DNA of 64,000 nucleotides, taken from NCBI RefSeq assembly GCF_000002075.1, contig NW_004797492.1, positions 43,821 to 107,820 on the forward strand. Direction: 5' to 3'. Made by a program: the position numbers and the translations under genes. How positions within the stretch are numbered: position 1 is the stretch's first letter; each line of letters opens with the position of its first letter. The notes under the pieces were generated by a model. It was given only the letters and a program-made list of their open reading frames with translations, was not told the origin of the DNA and did no database searches. Of this stretch, positions 24,701 through 35,465 are shown piece by piece. This DNA is from Aplysia californica (Eukaryota).

Positions 24701-27700
24701 TTACGAGACAGGAGGGATAAGAGGAGCCAAGTTACGAAACATGCCTGTAAAGAGAGTATCCATTACGATTCAATAATCACCTGTCACATATTGAAGTGCT
24801 TTCTTTTCTCAAACTAAGCTTCCCCCTTGGATTGTGGGTGCTCTGGTGTGATTTGCTCTTTTTTTTCCTATGACACATCTATCGCCCTTTTCTCTACTCT
24901 TTTTTTTGTTTGTTGTACTCTCTTGTGATACCTCTTAATCTTCCCTCACTTTTAAGACCTAAGTGTGTTGCAAGTGCTGTAAAACTCTTTACTACCAGTG
25001 TCTGTGATGTAGAGAATTTTCGAAAGCAGGAAACCGAAGTACAATTCCCAAGTTTGAATTTTTATGATCTCAACAAGTCTTTCTGCTGGGGTGTTGTATC
25101 ATTCCAAGTGCAGGTTGACCCTGACAGGCAGGGTCGGGACCCACCACCACCTAAAGGAATTTTTTTTGCTTAAACAATTCTTTCCTTGGCGCTTATATGA
25201 CCTTATGCAGTTGCGAGCGCTGTAAAACCTTACTAAAACAAACATAAAACAAACCCTCTCCCCATACTGTGGGTGGTTTGCTGGTGCTCTGGTGTGGTTT
25301 GTTCCTTCTTTCCTATCAAACATCTGTCGTCTTTCTCTCTCCTCCTTTTTTTGTGTATGTTACTCTCTTTTAACACCTCTAATCTTCAGCTCTTATATGA
25401 CCATATTGTGTTGCAAGTGCCGTAAATGGCACTAAAACTCTTTCCTTTGCGCTCATATGACCTTATGCAGTTGCGAGCGCTGTAAAACCTTACTAAAACA
25501 AATATAAAACTAGCAAACTCTCTCCACAAAGTGTTGGCTCAAATTAACTTCCCCCCCCCACCTTACAGGAGTTGCTGTCTGCCCCCGGGAGCTCCACAAT
25601 CACCATCAGCCCGGAGAACGTGGTGAGCAGCCGAATCTCGTCCACGCCAGGAATCTCACTGCTCCGCGACGTGTCCCTGCGCTCGTCGCTGGGCTCGCCG
25701 GCCAACCAGGTCATCCTGACCTCGGCCTCCGGGGCCACCTCCATCCTGGCGCCCGTAGACTCGGCCACCGGCCAGCAGAAACAGGAGAGCTTCAGGTAGG
25801 TTCCTTTAGCAGACGTGCCTAGTTCAGTGCAGCCTCTCTATGACGACCTTCGATATGACATCTTCTGTATAGCGAGATTATTCCCAGGTAGCGATTTTTT
25901 CTTTTTATATGATTAGTAATTTTTGGTTACCTCTCTCTATGACGACATATTTTGTCTGGTCCCGATGATGTCACTATAGAGAGACTGCACTGTACTAGGA
26001 GACCTCCGTTTTTTTATATTTACACCACCCCCCCAATGAAAGCACACCAATCAGATGTGCTTCTTAAATCATTTAATTTGTTATCTTGAATTCTGTTTCC
26101 ATCGGGTTTATGCAACTTATCGTAAATGACTTTGAATGTGCACATTTTTCATTTGCATTAGTTGCGTGGCTTATTGTAATTGATGAGAAACTATGTACAA
26201 GGAACATTTTCAGGGGAAATATCTTGTTTCATAAAAAAATAATCCACAAAAAACAGTAAAAACCACAGAGAAAAAAATCCAGTTGCAAGGTCACACAAAA
26301 TTAACTACACAAACTTGATGACATCCGATGCCGAAGGACAAACCTGGTGTGTTCTTCAGGTTCTTTTTAGAGTGCCACACCCTAAAGCACTCTCCTTTGC
26401 ACAGATGAAGTCTGTGGGGCCACACAGTACAAACATTTCTAGTGCGTTTGCCTTGTCCCGGTTTGCTGCAAACTCTGCAGTTCCTGTCTTGTCCTGCTGA
26501 TTCCTGGTAAAGATTTGAAGGCGCAAGGCGTTCAGTGGGCTGAACCTCAAGAGTGGAGGTAGAAGGCTGGGAGGTTGGCTGCATGAGTCGGCTGGCCGAT
26601 GAGGTTGTCCTTGAACTGAACCAGAGGCATTCGCTTGTAGGTGTTGTCTCGAGTACAAGTGAGGTTGAACAAGGTGCTTGAGTTGACTTTCCCTTTGATC
26701 AAGACCCACTGCAATCATGACAGCAAAAAAGTTGAGAAGTTCTGGTCGTGTGACATCTTCCATGCGGTGGAATGATGAGTGATGCTGCAAGGGAGTGCTG
26801 GCATTTTTCCTCTTCTTACCATAGTCCTTTATATTGTTGATAAGTATATCCAAAACTCTAGGTGTCAGAAGCGCAAATAAACAGTCCAGTTTGCATGACT
26901 GACTAGTGACCAGTTCGTTGTTTACACCATGCGACTGCTCTTGCGAATAGTGAAAAATGATTGCTGTGGTCCGGCTGTCCACCTTCCATTTCAGTGGTCC
27001 TCCTGTCCACCTTCCATTTCAGTGGTCCTCCTGTCCACCTTCCATTTCAGTGGTCCCGCTGTCCACCCTCTTCCATTTCAGTGGTCCTCCTGTCCACTCT
27101 CTTCCATCTCAGTGGTCCTCCTGTCCACCCTCTTCCATCTCAGTTGTCCCTCTGCTAACTGAGGCTGAGGTGCGGCTTCAGGTTGATTTTCAGCCACAAG
27201 TAGATTTAATTCATTCTGCAAATTGCATCTTTTGGGTCGGGACTGTCCCTTTCCCTTTCCTCCAGTGTTGGAGGTGTGAGTAGAGCGTGCTGTAGGCCTA
27301 CACTTACTAGATCTAGAATTTCCAGCTCTTGGCCTTTGGTCATCAAAATCACTGTCCTCACTGTCACTGAGAGTACTAGAGACACTGTACTCGTCACTAG
27401 GTTTACTCTCGCATTGCGAGAACACTGAAGACATTCATTGTTTTCAAGCATTTCAACGGCCCGTGCAGCACAGAAACGTCTTGTCGGGCGTGTCCCTGGC
27501 GGTTCTGGGTCCATAGTAACGATAAACAATTCGTTTGACTCAAGAAAAAAAAGAAATTCTCGCTTCAGTCGTTGGAAATACCGCCTTTGTCAAAACAGAC
27601 GCTATCGACTGACAACCCGGAAGTGTTTCGAGTCGACCTATAATAACTTGGACAGAATGCTGGACTGGAAAAGAATGTGTATTAGTCGAGCCGCATTTAA

Positions 27701-30700
27701 GTCAGGCCACGGCTTCTGGCCCGAGCTGCGTTTTGCGGCTGGAAGCAGCCGATGAGTTAAATGACCTTATTGTGTTGCAAGTGCCGTAAAACTCTTACTA
27801 AAACTAAAGGGTACATTGTGACCTATTTTCTCCACCTGTCCCTCTCGTTTTCCCCCCAGGTACATCTTGCCCGGCTCCAACAGTACTCAGACAATCCTGC
27901 AGACGTCTGGCCAGAGCGTGGGCAAGTCGTTCACCGCCCTGTCTTCCTCGGGCACCATCATCGGAGGTCAGCTGACCCCTGCGACCCCGTCTGCCGCAGT
28001 GGACCCCAACCTCCTGAGCCCGGCGGAACCCATGATGGTGGACAGCGCGGGCCAGACGGGCCCCACCATCAGCCTGTTGGCCCCGCAGCGACGAGCCAGC
28101 CAGGAGGTGGACAGCACAGAGTACATCCCACTGGGCACCAGGGGCAGGGGGAGAGGTCGCGGCCGGGGGAGAGGTCGCGGGGGGCGCATGCCTCGGGGCA
28201 GAGGTCGCCAGCAGCTGGTGTGGGGCAGTGGGAGCGACACAGAGTACAGCCCCTCCTCCTCCACGTCTGCCGCTACGACCTCCTCCTCCTCCTCCGCGGT
28301 ACTTTCGGGGAGAGGAGGGAAAGCCAGCGCCGGTACACTGTCGGAGCTGCGGCAGATCGGGGCCCACGTGATCGAGTCGAGCAGCGAGGCGGTGGACGGC
28401 GTACCCGTTGTCTCCATCCCAGATTTCACAGACGCTGGCACCCAGGCAGAGTCTGTCAGCGCTGCCGAGTCGTTAGCGGCGGAAAATGCCGCGGCTGTCC
28501 TCAGCACGGCAACGACCAGTTCCGTGGAGGGCGGCCATCATCAGGCTGAGGGCGTGTCTCTTCTGGCCCAGCAGTCACTGCTCCAGGAGGGTAACCATGG
28601 CGACGACAGCGACGCCTCGGCCCAGAACCAGCAAGAAGGCCCGCGGGTCATCACTCAAAGTATTCCTTCCATCAAGGCCAACCACGGCTTTGACATCCTC
28701 ACACAGGGCATCCTGGGCTCGGCAGCCAGCGGGCGCCAGGGCGTGGCTACCTCCCCCAAACCCAAGACAGGCCGCAGTCTCCTGACAGGCGCACCGGCCA
28801 AAATCTCGTCGTTAACCACGTCTGCCGGTCTGTCGGCCCTGACATCGGCGGCGTCAAAGACCCAGGCCAGCTTGTCCATGGGCCACTCGGTGAGCCAGGC
28901 GGAGATCGAGACTCTGATCCAAGCTGCCGAAGCTGCGGCAAAACCGGCCAAACTGGCATCGTCTGGTGCAGGGGAGTCAGCACAACCGTCGCAGGCTGTG
29001 TCTGGCGAGGAGGGGACGTCGGTGGAGGACCCAGATTCTGCTCTCGCGGGAGAGTTTGGATTGAGTCCACGAGCGGAGGATCAGTCAGAGCTGAACGTGC
29101 CCCAGCAGAGTGCTGACGAGCCTGAGCGTATGGACACGGAGGAGGAGGAGGAGAGAATCGTCAACGTGGACGAGTCGAAAGTGAGTGCGGCCGAGCGGTA
29201 CCGCATGCCCACAGAACTGTTCCAGCCGGACGAGGAGTCTCCGGAGAAACCCGTGAGACAGGAAGAGCCCGTCGGCAAACTGGGCTCGGAACTGCCCATG
29301 AAGATTTTTCAGGAGTCTGAGGTGGGGCCGCAAGAGGAGGCGAGAGTGAGCGAGGATATTGTCGTCTCGCCGGGGGAAGATTTAGACCAGCTGAGCAGCC
29401 CCAAGCCGTCCGTGGTGCCAACAGAGAAGGTGAAGGAGGTGGGGGTGGGCAAAGATGTGGAAGATCTGGTGGACATTGAGTCAGCGGAGGAAGGCGTACT
29501 CAGTCCGGCGGTAGTAGAGGAGTCTGTGCCGGCTCCCAAGAAAAAGGGCGGGAGACGAGGCCGGCCAAAAGGTGGAGGGGCGAGGAGGAAGTCGAGGAGC
29601 ATCAGCGCATCGGACAAAGGAGAAGACGGCGAGGAGCAAAGTAAACGGAAGGAGTCGGCAGCTGGGGCGCTCTCGCCTTCCAAACTTTCCCTGGGGGAGC
29701 AGATCTCCAAGATAGCGTACAGCATGAAGGCTGGCAAGGAGGCTGCAGGGGGTTCGAGTCCCGCAAAGAAGTCTCCTGTGAAGTCTGTGGGTGGGTTTGC
29801 CACTGACTTGCTCATGGAGACGGAGAGAGAAGAAGCGGAGGAACTCAGTAAACAGAATCTGCTACGGGAAGAACTCGGTGAAAAGACTCAAGTTGAGGAA
29901 GAGCAAGGTAAGGAGAACCCTCCGGAAGAAATTTGTGAAGAGAAGAAGGAAGTTGAGGAGGTGGTGGAGGAGAAAGTGGAAGATTCATCTGTACCAGAAG
30001 TGTGTTCCGACATTGTGGCCAAGGAGGAGAAAGAGGAGGAGGAGGAGAAGGCAGACACTTGTGTGTTGAAGCAGTCGGAGAGTATGGAGGTTGACGTGGT
30101 GATGGAGGAGGCAGAAGAAAGTGGCGAGGTGACAGACAGCAAGGAGGTGAGTGTTTTGAACAAAGTGCCTGCGACAGACTGGAGGAAGTGGGTCTACCTG
30201 CCGGCTGTGGTACCCTGCCCTAAGAGGAAAGTGGTGTGGTCGGAGGGTGGCCACGGGGAGGAAGGTGAAGAGGAGGAGGAGGAGGAAGAGTGTGCTTATT
30301 CGAGACCTTTTAATTACAGAGTTCTTTCCGGAAAACTCAGGAAAATGTGTCCTCGACACGCATCCTTGGGACCACGACAGGAGTCATTCACCACACCACC
30401 GATTGTGTTTGAGGCGTTTGACGCGAGGACAGACAAGAAGCCTGAAGACCCGCACGCTGTGGTTGTGCGTAGGTCGAGGAGGGCCCTGGAGAGGCCGCGG
30501 CGTGACCCGGCCAAAGACCCACGGGTCATCCCGCTAATGGCGGACAGCGATGCAGACCCGGCGTGTATTGGCGGCTCGGTGGTGAGCAGCGCCCTCATGG
30601 AGCGCGAGATGTTCTGTGGCGTGGTGGTGAAGGAGCGGCGGGATCTGGTGGACTGGACCTGTGGGGCCGACGAACTGGAGGAAGACGAGGAGGCGGACTC

Positions 30701-31526
30701 TGGGGTTGGGGACGAAGATTTCCGCAGGCACTACCAGCTGCAGTTGTTTACCGGCTTGTTCATCCAGGCCGGGGATTTCAGCTCTTTTCTGTCCGAGCCG
30801 GAGGATGGGGAGGAGGAGAAGGGGCAGGAGGGTGGGGATCTACATTCCGTGGAGGGTCAGGAAGACAGTAAGGTTGAGGAGCTGGCTTCTGTTGTCGGCG
30901 GTGAGGGTTCAAATCTGGTGAAGGAGGAGGGTGGGCAAGTTGATATTGGTGACAACGGTAGTCAGGAAGTCACAAAAGTCAAGGGTCGTAGAGGTCGCAA
31001 ACGGAAGAAGAGAAGTGGAGGAGGAAGCATGGATTCTCCAGATGTATTACCCCTGAAGTGTGCCCGCTCCTCGCAAAGTTCAGAAGGCATGTCCTCCCCT
31101 GATATTTCTTCCCCGATGTCGGTGGACCCCCTCAGCAAACCACTGTCTGCCAACGGAGACAAAGACAGTGCCGCCAGCACGGCGCGGCTCAACGGAATCG
31201 ACGGTGCCAAGTCTGTGACCTCCCCGACCCCCAGTGTCGAGCTGACCTCGCAGGGCTTGGATCCTCTGTCCCTGTCAACTGGCACGGGAGAGAACCCAGG
31301 TCAAGAGCCGTCTGCGTTTGCCTCCCCTGCGCGCCGCTCGGGCCGCACCCACATACCGTCCAAGAAAGTGCTGGACGCGCAAGAGGACGCGACACCCCGC
31401 AGTGGCTTGAAGGGACGCCGCGCCTCGCAGGCCAGCTCTGATGAGGAGCTCTCCGACTACAGCGCTGGGGGGGAGGCAGCCGCCGCCCTGAAGAAAGGGA
31501 AGAAGACTCCGCTGTCGCCGTTGTGA
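710..31526 (+). CDS. USPL1: USPL1-like SUMO-specific isopeptidase (peptidase C98), greatly extended (about 3,670 aa). Exons: 710-712?, 4773-4901, 5521-6720 or 6911, 6991 or 6987-9382, 10149-10346, 11645-11895, 12835-13146, 13731-13888, 14680-14840, 19091-19324, 21278-21893 (contains gap), 23010-24290, 25569-25795, 27860-31526
   Basis: GT-AG junctions phase correctly. N-terminal CQKC...LFQLNDEEALWMCKNVDCTF resembles the USPL1 N-terminal Zn-finger. Catalytic motifs: QWQNLDAMCWMD (Cys), MHFVKGLP, DHFIAWVR (His), YWMECDDLK (Asp), HMVMWER. Confidence 0.9.
4773..4901 (+). CDS. USPL1: USPL1 exon encoding the N-terminal CxxC...C Zn-binding motif (not in the ORF track)
   Basis: tttcag acceptor and gtgagt donor. 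43 codons TVDHSSLSKKKTCQKCALQGVHSPLHLFQLNDEEALWMCKNVD join in frame to CTFMP at 5521. Confidence 0.85.
8122..8350 (+). repeat. Coding 21-nt (7-aa, VTQEEPM-like) tandem repeat in the acidic region of USPL1
   Basis: Repeated gtgactcaagaagaacc-like units in ORF 7003-9462. Confidence 0.85.
9600..9940. mobile_element. Copy of a MITE family also found at 41338-41760 and 63714-64000
   Basis: Ends in ctgacgagcgcctgattccac like the 41760 TIR. Shares aaactatggaagt...tttacttctgaaaccagg with 63920-63985. Left boundary is approximate. Confidence 0.6.
11086..11394 (+). mobile_element. 5'-truncated non-LTR retrotransposon (ORF2 C-terminal CCHC region and tail)
   Basis: 13-bp TSD taccattagggtg (11073-11085 and 11395-11407), (AAAGT)n tail, and PDCPLCDCQDETVPHHLFNCP motif. 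Confidence 0.85.
11645..11895 (+). CDS. USPL1: USPL1 exon with catalytic Cys
   Basis: NLFVQWQNLDAMCWMDVVLIMLVYS; cag|gtgagt donor. Confidence 0.9.
11854..12436 (+). repeat. 137-bp tandem repeat (about 4.3 units) duplicating the exon 3' end and donor site
   Basis: Units start at 11854, 11991, 12128, 12265, plus a partial at 12388. Confidence 0.95.
13138..13570 (+). repeat. About 51-bp tandem repeat duplicating the donor ttcaag|gtacgt
   Basis: Repeated gtgttgtgagaactagatgtgtg(t/g)tcaaggtacgtgttgtgatatagct. Confidence 0.95.
14215..14351 (+). ncRNA. Intronic box H/ACA RNA, divergent paralogue (copy A)
   Basis: Hairpin tgcac/gtgca, H box ACAGGA (14276-14281), second hairpin, ACA (14346-14348) plus 3 nt. 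Shares both pocket strands with the other copies. Confidence 0.85.
14680..14840 (+). CDS. USPL1: USPL1 exon with catalytic His
   Basis: FVQMHFVKGLPHN...YEVTAVVHYKNNPDHFIAWVR; cag|gtaagt donor. Confidence 0.9.
14971..15113 (+). ncRNA. Intronic box H/ACA RNA copy B
   Basis: 143 nt: hairpin, H box ACATCA, hairpin, ACA+3. Confidence 0.85.
15536..15678 (+). ncRNA. Box H/ACA RNA copy C
   Basis: Near-identical to copy B. Confidence 0.8.
16207..16349 (+). ncRNA. Box H/ACA RNA copy D
   Basis: Near-identical to copy B. Confidence 0.8.
16785..16927 (+). ncRNA. Box H/ACA RNA copy E
   Basis: Near-identical to copy B. Confidence 0.8.
17425..17458 (+). ncRNA. Box H/ACA RNA copy F (5' part only, cut by the assembly gap)
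   Basis: ttgcactaactaagccggccaactctcgtacata followed by Ns. Confidence 0.7.
17727..17869 (+). ncRNA. Box H/ACA RNA copy G
   Basis: Lies within a 352-bp tandem unit. Confidence 0.8.
18079..18221 (+). ncRNA. Box H/ACA RNA copy H
   Basis: Lies within a 352-bp tandem unit. Confidence 0.8.
18431..18573 (+). ncRNA. Box H/ACA RNA copy I
   Basis: Lies within a 352-bp tandem unit. Two substitutions weaken the lower stem of hairpin 2. Confidence 0.75.
19091..19324 (+). CDS. USPL1: USPL1 exon with catalytic Asp
   Basis: PYWMECDDLK...IPPSQVHMVMWER. Confidence 0.88.
19337..19780. repeat. TG-rich compound micro/minisatellite
   Basis: gtgtggcttttctttttgtgtgtttgtgag-like units. Confidence 0.9.
20843..20985 (+). 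ncRNA. Box H/ACA RNA copy J (next intron)
   Basis: Same RNA in intron 19325-21277. The gtgagaaga variant converts a G-U pair to A-U. Confidence 0.85.
21972..22262. repeat. 29-bp minisatellite, about 10 copies
   Basis: ctctccaacatgttttgtacttatctctc. Confidence 0.95.
24828..25510 (+). mobile_element. Cluster of SINE/LINE-tail-like dispersed repeat copies
   Basis: ggtgctctggtgtg...cctatcaaacatct...gtgttgcaagtgccgtaaaactcttacta recurs at about 27761, 36075, 44995 (+) and 39555 (-). Confidence 0.65.
25825..25992. mobile_element. Tc1/mariner-pogo type MITE
   Basis: TIRs cagtgcagcctctctat / atagagagactgcactg, TA on the right flank. Confidence 0.8.
26291..27760 (-). mobile_element. Internally deleted, frameshifted piggyBac (PGBD4-like) element
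   Basis: Minus-strand fragments: acidic N-terminus, LFALLTPRVLDILINNIKDYG...VTRPELLNFFAVMIAVGL, and C-terminal CRD RNCRVCS...RTRNVCTVWPHRLHLCKGECFRVWH. TTAA at 27757-27760. No catalytic DDD core seen. Confidence 0.85.
26975..27150. repeat. 26-29 bp minisatellite inside the piggyBac relic
   Basis: ctgtccaccttccatttcagtggtcctc, about 6 copies. Confidence 0.9.
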
Positions 31527-31709
31527 CCCGCCGCAAAAGATTGAGTCATCTTGCAGTGTGCGGATATGAGTACGATGGTGCCACTTCATCCAGCTCGCCA
31601 ACATAACATTTTTCTTTTGTGTCCCCATGCAGTGACTTGGACCTCCCCAGTTTCTGTGGCCTGTACTTGTTGACCTTTGATGTGGTGTGAAGTGACAGCC
31701 TGACATGAG

Positions 31710-31874
31710 GAGCGCAGTGTTGGTGACAGCTCGGCTGACTTCACCACCTGAGCGCAGTGTTGGTGACAGCTCGGCTGACTTCACCACCTGAGCGCAGTGT
31801 TGGTGACAGCTCGGCTGACTTCACCATCTGAGCGCAGTGTTGGTGACAGCTCGGCTGACTTCACCACCTGAGCG
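31710..31874 (+). repeat. 40-bp tandem repeat x4 in the USPL1 3' UTR, each unit a hairpin
   Basis: gagcgcagtgttggtgacagctcggctgacttcaccacct. Confidence 0.95.
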
Positions 31875-32741
31875 TGTTGATCTTGTCATGTGTGCATCGT
31901 GAGAGACACCAAGTCACAAAACCAGCCATCAGCCTTGTTGAATTTTGTTGTGGGGGGGTGGGGGGATGTTTGCAACAACAAAAGGTTTGGGGGGGTGGGG
32001 GGTTACATTATTCCATTTACACTTCAAGACCAGGATTTCTTGTATCATAGACTGATCCATAGCCCATGTGTATTTGTGTTAGTTTTTTTGTTGTTGTTGA
32101 CTTGCTACAGCTGTGAATGCAGTGTGTCTACGTATGTTGGGAATCCTGTCTGTTCTTGTAACACTGCTGCTGTATCAACGGTTTGTTTGTAGTAGTATGG
32201 TCATGTTGTACCACCACAAATTAGTGGAGTGGTTGGTTTTTTTTCTTTATATGTTGTTGTTCATATTGTGATTTGAAATGGCCACCAAGTTTTGTCGCAT
32301 TTTATCAATCATGTCAGAGGGTGAGTTCATTCCTTTGTGATCCCACGCAGGCTCGCAGAAATAAATAACCCAATCTGTTGATTATCTCGTCAAAAACTGA
32401 GCAGACTTGTGCTCTTTCTCTCCCCATCCCTCCCTCCACAAGCAATTTTGTCCCCATAACTTGGTCTCTCGCCTGGCCTTTCACTGGTTATGTTTTGATT
32501 TCTGCATTGGGAATGATCGTGTGCGGGCATTTTGTATAGATACGACACACTGCCCGGGGGGGGGGGGGCGCAATTGTTGGAGCTTGATCAGCCTCTTTAT
32601 TATAGCAGTTAATTTATTTGTAAGTTGACAAATTTTCCTTGCTAATGTTCTAATGTATAAGTATGCTTTGATTGAGGACAGCGATTTCCTGCATTCAGTG
32701 GGTGGATGTGAAATGTTGATCTGTAAATGCAACTACAAACA

Positions 32742-32882
32742 GAATGTGTGGAATGCCAAATGTTGAATGTGTGGAATGCCAAATGTTGAATGTGTGGAAT
32801 GCCAAATGTTGAATGTGTGGAGTGTGAAATGTTGAATGTGTGGAATGCCAAATGTTGAATGTGTGGAGTGTGAAATGTTGAG
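32742..32882. repeat. 23-bp minisatellite
   Basis: gaatgtgtggaatgccaaatgtt, about 6 copies. Confidence 0.9.
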
Positions 32883-35397
32883 CTGTAAATGCAACTACAA
32901 ATGAAATGTGCACAGTAAATTATACGCTGTAGTGACCTCTTGCAATAGAAACCACCCAGACTTTTCTGTGGTTCCCTCATTGTGTATAGCTCTACTCATC
33001 GGCCATCGTAATCATTTTGCTAAAGATGACATTGTCATATTGTGTGAGAATCTGTCCCTGCTTTAGTCTCATGATTAGCAAGAAAAATCTAGAGGCTGGC
33101 CTGGGATAGGAAAATAAGGTTTGTTGGTGGCCTGTACCCCGGTCCATGGTGAAAAAGCAGGCAGTGTTGATGATGACCACTGGTCACCACCCTGGCCTCA
33201 TGGGGTAGCTCTTGAGGGCACCCGGTTAGCCCAGTTGGTACATGTGTATCATGCTAGACTACGGAGCAGATGGTCATGGTTTGAATGTCAGAATGGGTGT
33301 TCTTGAACTAGACTAGAGTCATTTTGCTGTGTTTTCGAGCCCCTCTGCCCATTAGGCTTGGTCCTACCTGTGTAAGTTGGAGATTCCTCCAGGCTCACTC
33401 ATGGTTGTCCGTGACTTTGCCAGGAAATTTTCTCCGTCTAGCTGACCAGGTGCTGGGACGGGTTTGTTTTTCTGTGAAAAATGTTCATTTGTTGTTGTTG
33501 TTACAACACAAGAAAAGGTGGAACAAATGTTGAGTGAGCCGTCGACCGTTACCATCATGTATGTATGTGTCTAGCTACCACTTTTCCCCATATATTGTCA
33601 GTATTGCAGTTGTATTCCTCCAAGTCATGTAATGTTTCCATAATGATGCCATGCTGAAATGTTTGGGTTTTTCTGCATACATAAGTTGTCATTGTGTGTA
33701 TGATATTGCTGCTTGCTGTTCGATTCTTTTGTCACTCTTATCTTTGTGTCTACTTAGTTTGGTCTCATTTTCTTTGCACATGTTTTGAATGTTAATTCAT
33801 TTGACTAGATTGTGACCTTCGTACGAGTTGGTCTATTGTCATGTTAGTCCTGTGTAAATCCCAAACACTTTGATAATGTCCAGGTCAGTTTTGGGTACGG
33901 TGGCCTCGTCAATGAATGTTTAGTTTGTACATAGCCATCTCATCTTATGCTTTTGGGTGGGGCCTGTGGGTAGGGAAGGAATGCAGATCCCTGTTTAACA
34001 ATGATCAATTGGCCAATTATGATGCAGAGATTTGCTTCGTTTTGGATGTCCTTGGCCAGGGTCATTCCTTGAAAAGTGGCAAATGTGACGCGGAGATGGT
34101 GTCCTGCCGAAAAAAATCTTCAGTGATCTAGCCTTTTTTGTTAGATATAAATCTTCCTCTAACAAAAACTACAGAACTGAAGAATGGCTTTATCATCTGC
34201 TTGAAATGTTGTTTTTCCAGCAGTGGATCATCCATGTGTAACGTTGGTCACCTTTTGTGGAAAAGGCCTGTCGTGTTTGTGGGTTCTGTGAGTTGGTGGA
34301 GCAGCAGACATCTCTCTCTGTCTGTGTGTCTGTCTGTCTGTCTGTTTCTGTCTGTCTGTCTGCTGTTGCTGTTGGTAAGCTGGGCGTGAGGCCACCAAGC
34401 TGTAGAGATGGCCTGTTGTTTGTTACTGTTACCATTATTGTCACCCATGGGTATTTGTACAAAGTTGTAAAGCGCCTCTTACAGACATTCGTTTTCCATT
34501 TTGGGCCATCCAATTGAAAGTAACTCATTTAACACAGGGATGAAAGATAACCTGCTGAAAAAATATCTCAGCAACGGTAGAGCCAGTCCGGATTTTTTTT
34601 TAGATAAGAGGAAGGTTGTATCTGACCAAAAAGAGTAAAGAATGGCTCAATCAGTGCTTAGAATTTGTTGAGGCCATCCCCTCTGTGCTGTGTGTGTTAC
34701 TTTCCTTGGAATGACCGTTTCTGTCTAGATTCATCATGTCATCATGTATCTCACCTCCTTCAACCAAGTCCTTGTACAAAAATTATATATATAAAACATG
34801 AACAATTTTTAGAAATACCAGAGAAGATTCTTGTGTTGGTCGCTCTGCGGTATTATTGTTTTGTACAAGTGTGTGCTACCGTTCCAGAGTTGAAGAAAAC
34901 TTAACAGGAAGAGAATCAAAGTCAATGGCTTCGTTCACGCAGTCAGCTCATTGCCATACACATCTAGATCTTCATGTACCAAGAGACACAAGCTTTTTAC
35001 CTTTTCTTCTTTCTTAGTTTCGATATGTTACAGTTTTTGGGGAAGGGTAGGCTTCGTTTTAGGTTTCAATTGAATTTTGATCAAATTGTTGTAAGTAAGG
35101 AATTTATTTTGTGTCTGTTATGGATGCTCTGATTCTGACTTGGTGAGATGTGCAATTGTTATGCATGCAGTACAAAGTTGATTCCTATATATATACATAA
35201 ATGTTACATACGCCACTATTTATTTTTTAATCTTTAGGGTTTTCTGTGAACAGCAACTTTTCCTTGGCCCACACAACTGAAAAATGATCAAGAGCACAAA
35301 GCTTTTCATGGCTTGTGTGTTGGGGGGGGGGGGCACTCGATTGGCTCAGCGTGTAGGACTAGATGACTAGAACAGGTGGAAGGGACTGTTGTGAACA

Positions 35398-35465
35398 GGC
35401 GACTGTGGTGTAGAGGTTACGCACTTGGCTGTCCCACGCAGGAGACTCGAGTTGGATTCCCAAAT
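35398..35465 (+). mobile_element. tRNA-derived SINE head
   Basis: A-box-like tgtggtgtagagg and B-box-like gagttggattccc; no complete cloverleaf. Confidence 0.5.

Noticed and set aside
31710-31730. Iron-responsive element (CAGTGT)
   Set aside because: No 5-bp stem or bulged C around the hexamer.
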